64,000 nucleotides of DNA from assembly GCA_025786725.1 (NCBI GenBank), contig JAHLTZ010000059.1, forward strand, positions 1 through 64,000, in the 5' to 3' direction. The position numbers were made by a program, and so were the translations under genes. This document shows, piece by piece, positions 1 through 12,990 of this stretch; the first letter of the stretch is position 1, and every line of letters starts with the position of its first letter. The notes under the pieces were generated by a model, which was not told the DNA's origin, ran no database searches, and was given only the letters and a program-made list of their open reading frames with translations. Origin of the DNA: Syncephalis fuscata S228 (taxonomy: Eukaryota > Fungi > Zoopagomycota).

Positions 1-705
1 AAAGTGATGCGGCAACACGTGGTGCCACCGAGATGATTGTCAATACTGAATGGGGTGCATTCGACGCTGAACGTAAAGTATTGCCGCTAACACGCTTTGA
101 CGCCCGTCTTGATCGAATGACGCAAAATCCATTTAATCAGCTATTTGAAAAGATGGTTTCTGGCATGTATTTAGGAGAGATTGTTCGTCTTATATTGCTT
201 GATCTTACGGATCGTCGTCTATTGTTTGACGGTGGTCATCGGATGAATTTAACAAAGCATATACCTTTGACACTGCCTATATGAGTGAGATTGAAGGTGA
301 TACGACGACGAATCTTGAAGGAACGCGTCGAGTACTCGAAGATGTTATGGGCATGCCAAATGGATCGACTACCCATGTTGACCGGTACTTTGTACGGGAG
401 ATGTGTAAGCTTGTGGGTGTTCGTGCTGCTCGACTAGGTGGTGCTGCGTTGGCTGCACTTCTTCATACCGACCTGAACTACTCGAAGGTCCAGATGCCAA
501 GGTTGCCGTAGGTATTGATGGCAGTCTATTCGAATACTATCCCCACTTTGACGAGCGTATTATGACGGCTATGCACGAGATCCTCGGTGCCGATCAGATT
601 CAGGATAAAGTGTCGTTGGCATTGGCCAAGGATGGTAGTGGTGTAGGTGCTGCTTTGGCAGCTATGCTTGCAGCTTCTAAGCGTGAACAAACAGTTAGGA
701 GCTAA
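1..705 (+). CDS. Hexokinase/glucokinase, C-terminal part (5' end outside window); two apparent frameshifts near 237 and 465
   Basis: MIVNTEWGAFD, QLFEKMVSGMYLGEIVRL, RAARL, VAVGIDGSLFEYYPHF and LAKDGSGVGAALAA are Hexokinase_2 motifs; stop TAA at 703-705. Confidence 0.93.
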
Positions 706-817
706 AAGTACTGTGTATATTACACATTCCAGAATAAAGATATAATCAATTATATACAGTTTAACATTATATCAGATAGGAATTCTATATTAATTACTTT
801 TTGTGTTAATAACCTTT

Positions 818-1405
818 ATTCATTTACTATTAATCTGTTTTATGATGTATCAACATGTTGGATAGATTGACTTTTATTATTTACACTCCATTTATTGATC
901 AATTAAACTCGGCTGTTTATAAATATTGACTGACAGGCTCACATCTCACAATCTACGTCATCACATTTCCTTTCTCTTTCTTACACTTGATGCATATATC
1001 CATACATATACTTGTACACTCTATATGTATATATAATAGTGTCAGTAGTTGACTGACTATTAGTAGTACAACACCTTCTACACTATGTACTTGCATTGCT
1101 CTTTTGCAATTGCCTTCATTATTCCGATCATTGCGTTTGCAGCTTTATTGACACGGTAATGCATTCCTGGCTTGTTTTTATGTTATTTTGAGCATATGCT
1201 GTTAAATCTCGTTGTTGCTTTGTTTTTACGGTGGAGTGCAATTGGAGTTCATCTAACAGCAACTCTGCAATCTCAACAAAGGCAGTGGGATCTACTACTG
1301 TTGAGGCTGTTAAACTGCTGTTAATACGATCTGCCATGGCGATCTATAGCAAAACAGAGTATACAGTGTTTTTGGCAGCATATAGCCACGTAGTCATCAT
1401 GGACA
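818..1405. repeat. Dispersed repeat family R1, copy 1
   Basis: 818-1135 aligns to the reverse complement of 57415-57762; 981-1405 aligns directly to 5290-5730 (shared blocks such as cagtgggatctactactgttgaggctgt and gcgatctatagcaaaacagagtatacagtgtttttggca). Confidence 0.85.
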
Positions 1406-3703
1406 GCTGCTGTATGCGCACAGCAGCAACAGTATAGAAAGCTTTGCTAGTATAGTCACTGAGCAAGTTTTCAGCACCAGTACAGCAGTGCGCTCTGCCA
1501 CTGTTGATAGTGTTGTATTTATATAGCTCTAACACGATGGCAGCGGTGGTTATATGCACTGCTAACTTCCCACCGATTGTTTTCTTTGTTATATATTCTA
1601 TTATCTTACACTTCAAACATGCGTCATTTCTTTAGATTCTCAAGTAAATCTTGCTACAGTTTATTGAATCTGGTATGCATTCATTAAACATAAACGATTT
1701 CATGTAAAATATAGTTTTATGTTTCCAAAAGTCTTTTTATTTGTCTTTATTTAGTGTTAAGTAATGTAAATCTAATTGAACAATCAAAAAAGTGTGTAAT
1801 GCTAACAACAAAAGTATAGTATTTATTTATACGTTTAAGTGAGTGAAATAAGCGCATTGCTTTGACGCTTATAATAAATGCAGCTAATGATAAACAGACA
1901 CCCTTTATTAGTGGTATGTGACCAGTATATAGTACAGTGATGTACAGTAGAATGAATATATAGTAATAGGCATGAGTTGCGGTGTGGGTGTTACAATATA
2001 TAACGCAATAGGCTAATTGAATAAAATGTACTGAAAGCTACAATGAATAAAATGTTTTTATCATATAATAGAATAAAATGAATGAATAGAAAATATTGTA
2101 TGTTTTAGCAGTTGACAAAATATACTATATAAAATACTCATATCTACAATATTTAGAAACAAACAAAAATGTCGGTAGTATCGTTATAGTACTAGTCAAT
2201 AAACTATTCGACAGCATTCTACTCCAAGAGCTATCGTCGGATGATGCCGTATCTGGTAAATACCAACAACAACTATAATTGATATGTCAGTGTAACAATT
2301 GTTGCATAATGTTTCAACAACAATCAATCAAGTACCCCTAAATGCTTACTGTCAAATATTATACAAAATAGTTTTAACGAGTCGCCTTAGCATAATGTTG
2401 ACTTAGCAAATGAAATGGCAATTACCATTAATAGGATTATTTGTTGGATTGGGCGTAATTGCAATATCTGCACGGCGCAATAAGGGCTCATTAAGACCAT
2501 GATTACACATGTACTGGCCAAAGCCGGGTGTTGAATCAAAGTATATGTAATAGTGTAATGGTGATTCTTGTCTATTAGACATTGTATTATTAAAACTAGT
2601 ATTTAGATTAAACAGTATCAATAGTATCGAAAACCAGTATATATTGGACGCCTTAGGCATGCCATGAACAAATTATTATTTTAATGACTATTGCGTTGTT
2701 TGATACAATTATGGATGCTTGGTAGATTGTCGAATTGGCTATTTTGAATATGCATGATGGCTGGTTTCCCCTAGCTCACGGCATTGAAAGCTTGCTAAAG
2801 CGTGAGTTGGTTTACAGTACACGCACAATTAGCGTGATACTATGTTTTAAACGCAGAACAAGACCACACTAATTATTTAATTTCAACGTTTATGTTTTAT
2901 CTTGCAGCAATATTTTCACAAAAAGTTGGTTACCACGTTCTATAACTTGTTTAAGCCGATGCCATTCAAAGAAATTGCTATAAATTACACAAGCCTTTTG
3001 TCTTCAACTGTAGGGGTATCTATATACTATTCAAAACTATTACTTTTGTTCTATTGCTATTGAATCTAAACTAGTATAAAATAAAGTAATAGCTCACTGT
3101 TATATATTAATTATTGTGGACTAATATCGTGTTTAAATATCAACAGAGTATGTAAAATCAAAATCAATGGTGCAAGGGTAGACGGCAGCAAATGTTGCCA
3201 TTTAGCGAGTGCATGTGGATAGATTTCAGCTAGAATGGGCCTGAACTTTAGGGGTGATGTCCCGTTACATTGAACATTTATGGAACATAAGCTGATAATA
3301 AAAATGTTACACAATATAGTAACAAATACAGGTATGCGATGTATGGTATGTGCGTGTTCCAGATACGTTGTCCATTGAACTGGGTACATGCCAACTTACT
3401 AGGCTATTTCTGAATGTTGTTTATTGGTATCAGTGACTTAAGTCAGAATAGAAATTTAGAAGTTTAATGCTATAAAAGTTCAAGCAAATAACCAAGTTCA
3501 TCATAACCTATATTCATACTTTATTTTCTATTACCTCGAACTCTTCCTCTATCATCAAGTGCGATTTTAGTTTTTGATAAACAACACTTAGCTACCTCTT
3601 TTTTGTTACAATTTGCTATTACAATTACTAGCTCATATAGTATCGCACACTTTTGGCGTCACTCTTTACGAGACAATACTTTTTTATAAACAACTATACC
3701 ACC

Positions 3704-4869
3704 ATGTCAGATGATTCCAATTCAGACTCCTTTGGTTATGTGGCTCCAACAGAACCTTTCTTACGTGGAACTGACCCAGTCGGAGACATTATAATGGCAA
3801 TTTTATTCTTTGGCGTTGGCTGCCTTCATCTTTGGCGCAACAGTCAGACAAATAATAGCTGCCATGTTATAATGACTGGTGCCGTATTGTTTGCCATAAT
3901 TAGCTTTGGTATGCGTATTGATGGTGCCTATAATTTCAAGATTATAGTTTTTAATTATTCATGGTCGGTACTTGCTGTCTCCGGATGGATAATTAAGGTT
4001 ACTGTTGCGTATTTGGGATTAGCATGGTAAGATATATGTACATTTTCCCTTTATTTACTTATCATACATCCACTTAACATTGTATCAATATTATAATAAT
4101 ATGTAACTAATTAAATTCGTGTAATAGGAGTCGTTCTATGGGGAAGGCAATTACCCAGCGAGCTCAATTGGTTCATCGATTTAGCATCGGCGGAATATTT
4201 ATCTATAACATTGGTATTACTTTGGTGATTAGCGGTTGGCTCGTTTATTTTCATTCTACTACTCTATCGGCGTTTAATGCAACACCTACTTTAATTAAGT
4301 TTGGCTATGGCATAACCTTAGCATTCAACCTTCCCTCAGCTGGCTTGTTTATTTGGCAATTTTTTGAAACCAAAAATGATAGCATTCCAGGATTAAGCGC
4401 TAAGCGTAAACAATTACTCGTATTAACAGCCCATTGCATCTTAATATTCATAGCTGATATGTTCTATCTTCTTGAACTCGTTAGGGCTAATCATGTTTTC
4501 CATGTTCTTGTTTTGTGTGTCGGTGTCTATACACGTAAAGCTTTAACAGGATTTGATAAAGAGCCTGATCTTACCAGTTGCATGCCTATTGTTATACCCA
4601 CCGTCGCTTATGGTCAGCAAACGGTAAATATGGCAGTTAATCCTAGTATGGTGTTTATGCAGCCTGTACACATGGAGCATCCTGTTGTTTATCAACACCA
4701 CGTCGGCACTGAAGAAGCCAATGCAACCACTCCAGCTATTTATACTAATGTACAAGCTGCCAATTCTTCCGAATCTGACACTTTGTCATTTAGCGATAAT
4801 CATGCATTTGTGGTTGAAGATCCAGCCTCAAATCCAAATCCAAATGCTGCACCTTATCCACAAGAATAA
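3704..4869 (+). CDS. Multi-pass (~7 TM) membrane protein, RTA1-like topology, with low-complexity C-tail; intron 4027-4127
   Basis: ORFs 3653-4030 and 4138-4869 join in frame via TG|GTAAG...ATAG|G (LGLAW-SRSMGK); about seven hydrophobic segments; TATAAAA at ~3471. Confidence 0.7.
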
Positions 4870-5284
4870 CTGATTAAGGTTATTTATGATATATTCGTAT
4901 TTCATTAACATTGGTTAATTTAAATGAATAAACAATAAGAGGCAGCAGTTTAGTATAGAAATGTCTATTTGAAAGTGTGTGCTTTTACTTAAAACCTCAT
5001 TTTATTATGCTTTATTTGTAACTATTGTCTGTTCAAATCCAGCTTGACTATTTATAAATTTGTGTTGTTTTGCTCATCAAGTCATACGCAGCAATAGAAC
5101 AAACTATATTGTAAATAACATTGCAGTATAAGGAAAATGAAATACGAAAATAAATAATATATGTATATTAAATACTAAATCTATGATAATGAGTATTTTG
5201 ATCATTTCATCATTTTACTTTGCATCTTATAAAAGCAGTCTATCAATCACATAGTATATGATTTATTTTATAACTTGCTTTTTC

Positions 5285-5730
5285 ACTTTTTTACACTTGA
5301 TAACATTTATCGATTGTACACATTATGCATTTATATGCTATTTAGATAGTGTCAGTAGTGACTAATTACTAATTAAATGTAAACACTTACTTTTTTGGTT
5401 TACTCTTCTTTACTCTTATCTTTTTGCTAATAACTTTTCTCACTCTAATCATTACTTTTGGCAGCTTTTTTAATACGGCAAGTGCATCTCTGGCGTGTTT
5501 TTATGTTATTTTGAGTATATGCAGTGTAATCTTGTTGCTTGTTTTGTTTTTTGCTATAGATTGCTGTTGCAAGTCATTTGGCAACAGTCTTGCAATATCA
5601 ACAGCAACAGTGGGATCTACTACTGTTGAGGCTGTATAAACTACTATCAGTATGGTCTGCAATAGCGATCTATAGCAAAACAGAGTATACAGTGTTTTTG
5701 GCAACATATAGCCACCGCAGTCATCATGTG
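5285..5730. repeat. Dispersed repeat family R1, copy 2 (direct relative to copy 1)
   Basis: Aligns to 981-1405; minus-strand translations share TASTVVDPT..V.IA.LL..LQ. Confidence 0.8.
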
Positions 5731-6276
5731 CAACTGTCAGCACAATGGTTGTAGTGGTTGTGTTGTTTATTAATATTTGTAAGCAGGTATTACTAAGTTT
5801 TTATTGAACTATGTATGTTTACAAACAACAGCAATATCATGCAAATAGCCGCTGTTGTCCTATCGTTGAATTGCCTTTTAATAGCACAAACAATTGGTAT
5901 GATATCGCTACTGCACATGATTGAAGCTGTCATAAGATATGTTCTGCTCTTTTACTCAACTGTCGTTTTCAGTGACATTCTGATGTAAATAATTAAAAGG
6001 TAAAATACTAGTATCATTGTCTGTATTCATATCGCTATATTTTGTATTCTTTTTAAATAAAATTGGTTGGCAAAGTTATACAATCATTGCATAAGTAATT
6101 TATATTAATGTTTTTGCTAACTTTAGTATAGTGATACAATCTACAAGAAACTAAATTTAGTATGAAAAGCAATCGTAGCAATTTTGCCACTATTTTTCTT
6201 TTTTGTTTTTTATACCACGCTAAGACTGTAAATTACAGGGACTAATTTAAATCCATTTAAATATATATAGTGTACA

Positions 6277-6925
6277 ATGTCAGCCGATATAGCTAGTTTT
6301 GAACAAAAAGTAAGATTGGCCGTTGAGCTTTTGGAACAGTATCCAGATAATGGATCGGAAATGCGCATCGTTTACATGGATGCTTTAATTAGTAGGTTAT
6401 TGATTCTTTAATCCAGCTTATTTACAATCTAAACTATAGATCGTGGATGGCATGATTTGCGTATTATCGGTAATTCTACGTTAAAACGTTCGATCTTGTT
6501 AGCTAAACGATCTGCTCCTATTGTGGATGATAATAAGGTAATTCGATAAATTAACTTGTATGTAATTATTCTTATACATATTATCAAGATTGATCGCCCA
6601 TTGGAAGAGTCGTTAGTAGTATTACCAGTGGCAGCGAGTGACCACTGGTCTCCAAATAGGTAAGTATATGGTAAATATATATGCTCATAATAATAAACTG
6701 CTTTATTTCAGCCTACTCGACACGTTAAAGACAATATCCGATGCGCTAAACATTAATATCCAAACGTAAGTGCGTCAATCAAACGTCGCGTGTTAATTGA
6801 CTATTGGCTATATTAGTTTTAGTTTATGGATTGCCATTGTGGCCACCGATGGCACTGTTGTCTATTACCAAATAACTCAGCCTACTTCGATGTCTTCCGA
6901 GTGCATACTGCCTTCGTTAACTTGA
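6277..6925 (+). CDS. SEN15: tRNA-splicing endonuclease subunit Sen15 (5 short exons, missed by ORF track)
   Basis: Spliced: MSADIASFEQK...VYMDALIN/RGWHDLRII.../...VVLPVAASDHWSP/...LWIAIVATDGTVVYYQI...*; the VLP..WS and lAIv..DgTvVYY motifs are typical of Sen15. Confidence 0.72.
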
Positions 6926-7478
6926 TGCTAGTATAATTGTAATTGACTGATTAAAGCACTTTCTTCTAATAGTAATAATTATTAAATTGTATGTTGACAT
7001 CCAGTAGAGAGTGCTGTTTTTGGTAAATCATTTACATATATTTATGCATCTTTTTAGCTGTTAGATACAAGTCAAATTTATGCTACGCTTTAGTACGCTG
7101 AATCATTTCAATTACTTATATATTTGGATTTCTGTAGTTATTTAACACCATCAAAAAGAAATCATATAAATGTTTTATTATTTTATTATGGCTTATATCT
7201 TCATTAATACAAAATGCAATAGTCTAACCTATATTATGACTTCTATCACACTGCCATTCTTTTCAATTAGAAGCTAATTTATATTTATCCTTATTATGGA
7301 CTTGGAAGGATTATTGTAATGCTAATGTGTAGTAATATTTTTATTTTTTTATTTTTTGTTTTTTGTCACAGCTTTTTCTGCTGCTCATCCAGCTGAATTC
7401 ATTCATTATTTCATTGACGACTACAACTACGGCGTAACTAGTATTCTATAAACATAAGCTAGAAGCACGAATAGAGCA

Positions 7479-10242
7479 ATGGCGCTACGTGTTAATAATC
7501 CTAATAATGTACGTGTTTACACGGTTTCCGGCGACAATTTGTCAAGATCACTGCCGGATTGGCTGGAAAAGAAGCGACGTCGCCAGCTTAACAAAGATCT
7601 CGGTAAATAGCATATTAGCATAACAGTTAGACAAAAAAGTCTTATTATACGTAAATAGATTTTCGGCATCGCGTAGAATTGTTGCAGGACTTTGATTTTC
7701 CTGAAGCGGCAGTTCGAGTAAAAACGACAGCTGATGGCAAATATGCTATGGCTACAGGTAAGCAGCCATTAATACATGGTGATTAAATGGCTTATTAGTT
7801 GGTAAAGGTGTCTATAAGCCACAAATACGTGTTTATGAATACGCAGAAATGTCTATGAAGTTTGAACGACATACCGATGGGAGAATGTCACATTTGAGGC
7901 AGGTATATTGTATTTGAATGAATTACCGTGTACTTACAAATAGTATAGATATTGTCTGATGACTGGACCAAAAGTGTCCATTTACAAAATGATCGATCAG
8001 TCGAGTTTCATGCACAGGGTGGAATTCATTATCGCACACGTATACCAAAGGTAGATATTAGCATTATGATAAATACGATTAATATGACTGACTTGGGCAA
8101 TGTTATTAGTTTGGGCGTGACTTGGCGTATCATTATCCGAGTTGTGATCTAATGGTATCAGCAGCCGGCCCTGAAGTATATCGACTCAATTTGGATCAAG
8201 GCCGTTTTCTTAACTCATTAGTAACAGAGGCTACATCGGGCGTGAATGTATGTGAGATCAATCCGGCACATCAGCTTTTTGGATTTGGTACAGCCGATGG
8301 AACCGTTGAGTTCTGGGATCCTCGTGCACGTGCGCGCGTTAGTTTATTAACACCTCATTTACCGACAAGCGTTGACACCAGTGGACTTGAAGTAACGGCT
8401 TTAAAGTTTAGACATGACGGCTTGTCGATGGCTTTGGGTACATCAACTGGCCATACTATGCTTTATGATTTGCGCCATCCACGTCCCTGGTTGGTTAAAG
8501 ATCAGCAATATGGTTGCCGATTATTTCGGTTCATTGGCATGATGGAGCAGGTGTTGCTGCTGATGCCACGGATGCTGATGGTACAACGCTAGAGGCAGAA
8601 GGTGGTGCCAAAATCATTAGTGCCGATGCCAAAATCATTAAGATATGGGATCGAAATACTGTAAGTTGATAATGAGTATTGATGGCGCTGACTATCAGTG
8701 CTAACATGTGCTATAGGGAGGACTGTTTACATCTATTGAACCATCTGCCGATATTAATAGCGTTTGTCCAGTACCAAATTCCGGAATGTTATTCACAGCC
8801 AATGAGTGCAGTCGAATGCACATCTATTATATTCCTGCACTAGGACCAGCTCCTCGTTGGTGCTCATTCTTAGACAATCTAACGGTATTTAACTAGTTGT
8901 TAGCAATAACAGATCAGTAGCTTATTTTGTACATTTAATAGGAGGAGATGGAAGAGAATCCACAACAGACAACATACGACGACTTTAGATTTGTAACAAA
9001 GAAAGAACTCGAAAGGTTAGTGCTATAAAATACAAGTATTAATAGCTTATGCATATACATATATACATATACATAGTCTTGGTATGGAACATTTGATTGG
9101 AACCAATGTACTCAAAGCATATATGCACGGTTACTTCGTCGATCTTCGTTTGTACGAAAAGGTTGGTTTATAAGCAGTATTTTATTAGTACAATCTAACA
9201 GAATAATAGGCAAAACTGATTGCCAATCCATTTGCCTATGAGGAACACCGGAAACGTGCCATTGCAGAGAAATTGGAGAAACAACGGGAGAGTCGTATTC
9301 GTGCTACTATTAAACTGCCCAAGGTTAATCGTGAGATGGCCGCACGTCTGGCAACCGAAGAGCCAAGTAAACGAAATAAAAAGAAGGCAGAGGTAAATAT
9401 ACAGACTTATAAACATATTTCTACGCCATATTAATGACTATTCATTGTATTAGGCGGCTGAGAGTTTGCTTAAAGACGATCGATTTGCAGATATGTTTGC
9501 CAATCCAGACTTCCAGGTGGATGAAGCATCTGAAGAATTCAAGCTACTTAATCCAAGCTCTGTTCCGGTACGTAAATATTTATTGAGAACAACTATGTTT
9601 ATTAACTTTGTTGCCGAGTAGAAAAAACTCAATTATCAGCCAATTGAGGAAGAAGATGACGAGGCCAATGTCGAAATGGACGTCGAAATGGACGTGGAGA
9701 GTGAGCCAGAAGGACACGGCAGCGACGAATCATCAGGCGATGATAATGGCAATTACCAAACAGATAGTGATGATGGTCAGTTAATGGTAAAAAAGTATTC
9801 ATTACATATTTGTTAACCATTGTTTAATGCAGATTTGGTAACGCAAGTGAGACGTAAACGAGGCGAACGTGTTCAAAAGAAGGAGCGTGAACTGACTCGT
9901 TCACAGCGCGAATCAATTCGACCACAAGACAACCGTCATTTGCGCACACAATCGGGAAGCCGCAAGGTACAAAAACGCCCTCCAAAATTCTACGAAATGG
10001 GCAGCAGTACTGGCGATGCAGCTACTGGTAACAAATCGTTTGGAGAACGGGCCAATGACTTGGCTGGTAAAGATCATAGTCAAATTAAGCGTGGCTCGAT
10101 GCGCGCTATGGAATCTACTTTCCGATCACGAGGACCTCGGGAAAATGCTCGCGGAGAAAGACGTGGAGCTCCCGAAACAAGTCGCGGTCGTGGTCGCGGT
10201 CGTGGCCGTGGCCGTGGTCGTGGTCGTGGTCGTGGCCATTGA
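7479..10242 (+). CDS. ENP2: Nucleolar WD40/NUC153 ribosome-biogenesis protein Enp2/NOL10, multi-exon
   Basis: [109 protein letters not shown]; C-terminal RG tract. Confidence 0.94.
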
Positions 10243-10840
10243 TAAAGTTAATGCAATTCTATTTTATCCAATATAATTTGTTTTCCATATTGCAATATTA
10301 GTGATAATTGAGTAATTGCAAATCTATAAGATGTATGATCATGTCATATCTAACTATTAAAACGTAAATTGTAACTTGGTTGTACAATTAATCAGCTGAC
10401 TCAGCTTAAATGGCTAGCTTAGCTAGAATGATTTTGCAAGGCAGTATTCCCGCACAATTACCTGGTAAAGTAATAAAAAATCTAAATATATTACATTGCC
10501 TTTTCCTACTTGATTAACGGCCTTATAAGCAGATGCCTAGCTGGCAAGACTTGTAAGTATTACTAAATTAAACTGAACGGGCACTTGTCATGATGCTTTA
10601 TCAGTAATTGTCGGAGTAGTAGCTACTTTTCCCATTTCCTTGGAATTCCATAGTAGCATCGACGAGCAATTTAGCTGCTTTGTATAAACGCTTGTGCAAT
10701 GGTGCTATGTGTATATAAAGTGACGGTTAGATCGTATTTACTATACACATTAAACCCCATCTGTCCTGTTTATTTCTACCAACTGCTATCAAGTCTTTTA
10801 TTGTTGATATTTCACAAACACAATTATTATTATTAATAAC

Positions 10841-11289
10841 ATGCGTGCTATTTTAATTGCTCTTGTCACGATTGCCACAGCTGCTGCTGGTGAGTATAGC
10901 ACTACAAAACATAACTATCATGCCACTAAACATTGCCTTTAGTTGTGGCTATTCCCGGGTATGGCTACTATGATTGTGCCACAAACACTGTAACTGCCAC
11001 AGAAACAGTCACCGCAACCGCTACAGAAACAGTCACCGCAGCTGCCACGGAAACAGCTACTATAACTGCCACGGAAACAACCACTGCAACTACCACGAAG
11101 ACAACCACAAAAACGAGCACAAAAACGGTTACGCAAACGGTTACGCAAACGGTCACTGCAACTCCAACTGCTTCCAGCACTTCTACTGGAGCGGCTACCG
11201 ATACCACAAGTAGCCAAACGATAACACCAGGCTTCACCAGACCTCAACCAACAGGTACTATCTCTCTTCCTGGACATATTACCTCGTAA
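10841..11289 (+). CDS. Small secreted Thr-rich (mucin-like) protein; intron 10890-10941
   Basis: Signal peptide MRAILIALVTIATAAA-VVA spliced in frame to IPGYGYYDCATN, then TVTATET and TVTQ repeats; TATATAAAG at ~10713. Confidence 0.78.
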
Positions 11290-11718
11290 TCTAGTGATAG
11301 ATCAATTCAACAATAGCGTTACTGTTTATTAATAAAACGCGATAGTTTTAAATTCTATTTATTATAATGTAAAAACAGTCTATTCAAAATATTTGACAGA
11401 AATACCAAAACATGGGTATTGTTACCCATTAGATAGATGGTCAGCTATTATTGGCGACCAAATAACTAAAGTAGAAATTCTTTTATATCCAAATGCGTGG
11501 TTTTAATTCCGATAGATTGCCTTAATGGTATATCTGGGATTCAATAATCTGAAACAACATCATGCTACTTCTCCGGATTATGCCATAAATACAATCGCAA
11601 AACGTGTTTGTTTGCTGTTTTATTTTTTCTAAATTCCTTCAATTTAACGCAAACAACTGTACTCTTTGATTTACACTTTACAATTCTTTAACGCTTAGAA
11701 TACATCTATAAACAAATA

Positions 11719-12990
11719 ATGTTTTTCAAATACTATATAACTGCTGCTTGCCTATTTGGCACTACTGTAGCCATTCAACATCAACTATTAGATTTTATGA
11801 GTGCACATCAACGAGGTATTGCTTATGAAATCAATTATTGATAAGGTCCGCTAATTAGTTTGTATCAGTTGGCGACGTTCAACCTTCTTTATTTTCAGAT
11901 GTGAAACTAGGCAAATTGGGTGCTTTAAACCAACAAGCCCTTCAGATTGATAAGATCTTAAAGCAGACCATAGATAAACAAACTGCAATAGGTGTTTATA
12001 GTGGTACTCGCGCTTTTATCAAATGCGCGCCAATAAGCCCATTAATGCAGTACGAATTAAACATGTTAAAAGTAATTATAATGCAATCTACATATCTGTG
12101 TGCTAATCATCTATTAAATCGATTCAGATACTAGAAAAGGCCGAAACAGATAAGAGAAAGTCCATTGATAGCCAAAACTACATTGTACGGCTGTTGCATA
12201 ATTTTGAGGTCAATTCCAAATTTGATGCTAGTACTTGCTTTGTTTTGTCATATGGCGGAGACAGAACTCTAGCAGAGTATGCAAAACAAACAATGGTAAC
12301 AACTAAAAAAAAGGAATTGCCAGCCATGTTGGAACAGGTCATACGAGGTGTGCAGTTGTTTTCTTCAAGCTAAATTAAAACTAATACATTCATTACTAGG
12401 AGTTGCGTATTTACATCGTGCCAAGATTGCCCATACCAATATTTCGCCTTCAAGTAAGCTTTCAACCTGTAAATATCGTTAGATTTATAAACTCATTTTG
12501 TCTAGATATCATTGTAAATCGTAAATCTACCTTTGCTCCTCCAACAATTATGATTGTTAATTTTACGCAAGCACAACAATTGGAATTCGATAACTCTGGC
12601 AATTTGGAACCAAACCTTGCTGTTATGAGTAATTCTCTTTTAAAAGCCCCAGAATCGTTTTGGGAACTGCCTATAAATTTGCAAAAATATGATAGCTGGA
12701 CAATTGGCGCAACATTTTATTATGCAGCATTTGGTCGCTTTCCTTTTGAAAAGAAATATTTGGAATATCGAAATACCAATCAAACCATTTTATTTGTCAA
12801 AATGATGCAAAACCTTTCAAATAATGCGCTGAACGAAATACTACCACCGTCAAAGCTTTCTTTTATAAACAAGAAGCTTTTAAGCTCTTTTACAATACTG
12901 CTTAGAAAACTATTGGTTCCTGATGCATCGCAGCGACCAACGCCTGAGGCATACATAGACTGGATTATTAATCCTAAAAACAAAGCTTAA
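11719..12990 (+). CDS. Secreted protein-kinase-fold protein, probably a pseudokinase (5 exons)
   Basis: Spliced: signal-like MFFKYYITAACLFGTTVA; AFIKC (VAIK), YELNMLK (alphaC), YIVRLLHNF, GVAYLHRAKIAHTNISPSNIIV, IVNFTQA, LKAPE, KYDSWTIGATFY, LLVPDASQRPT. Confidence 0.82.

Noticed and set aside
2096-3389. Short ORFs 2096-2278, 2403-2660 and 3111-3389
   Set aside because: No motifs, AT-rich composition and no convincing exon chain.
10183-10239. (GGTCGT/GGCCGT)n repeat
   Set aside because: Encodes the RG-rich tail of Enp2, ordinary for nucleolar proteins.
10939-11277. Cys/His-rich ORFs (metallothionein-like) in other frames of the Thr-rich gene
   Set aside because: Frame artefacts of ACN-codon repeats.
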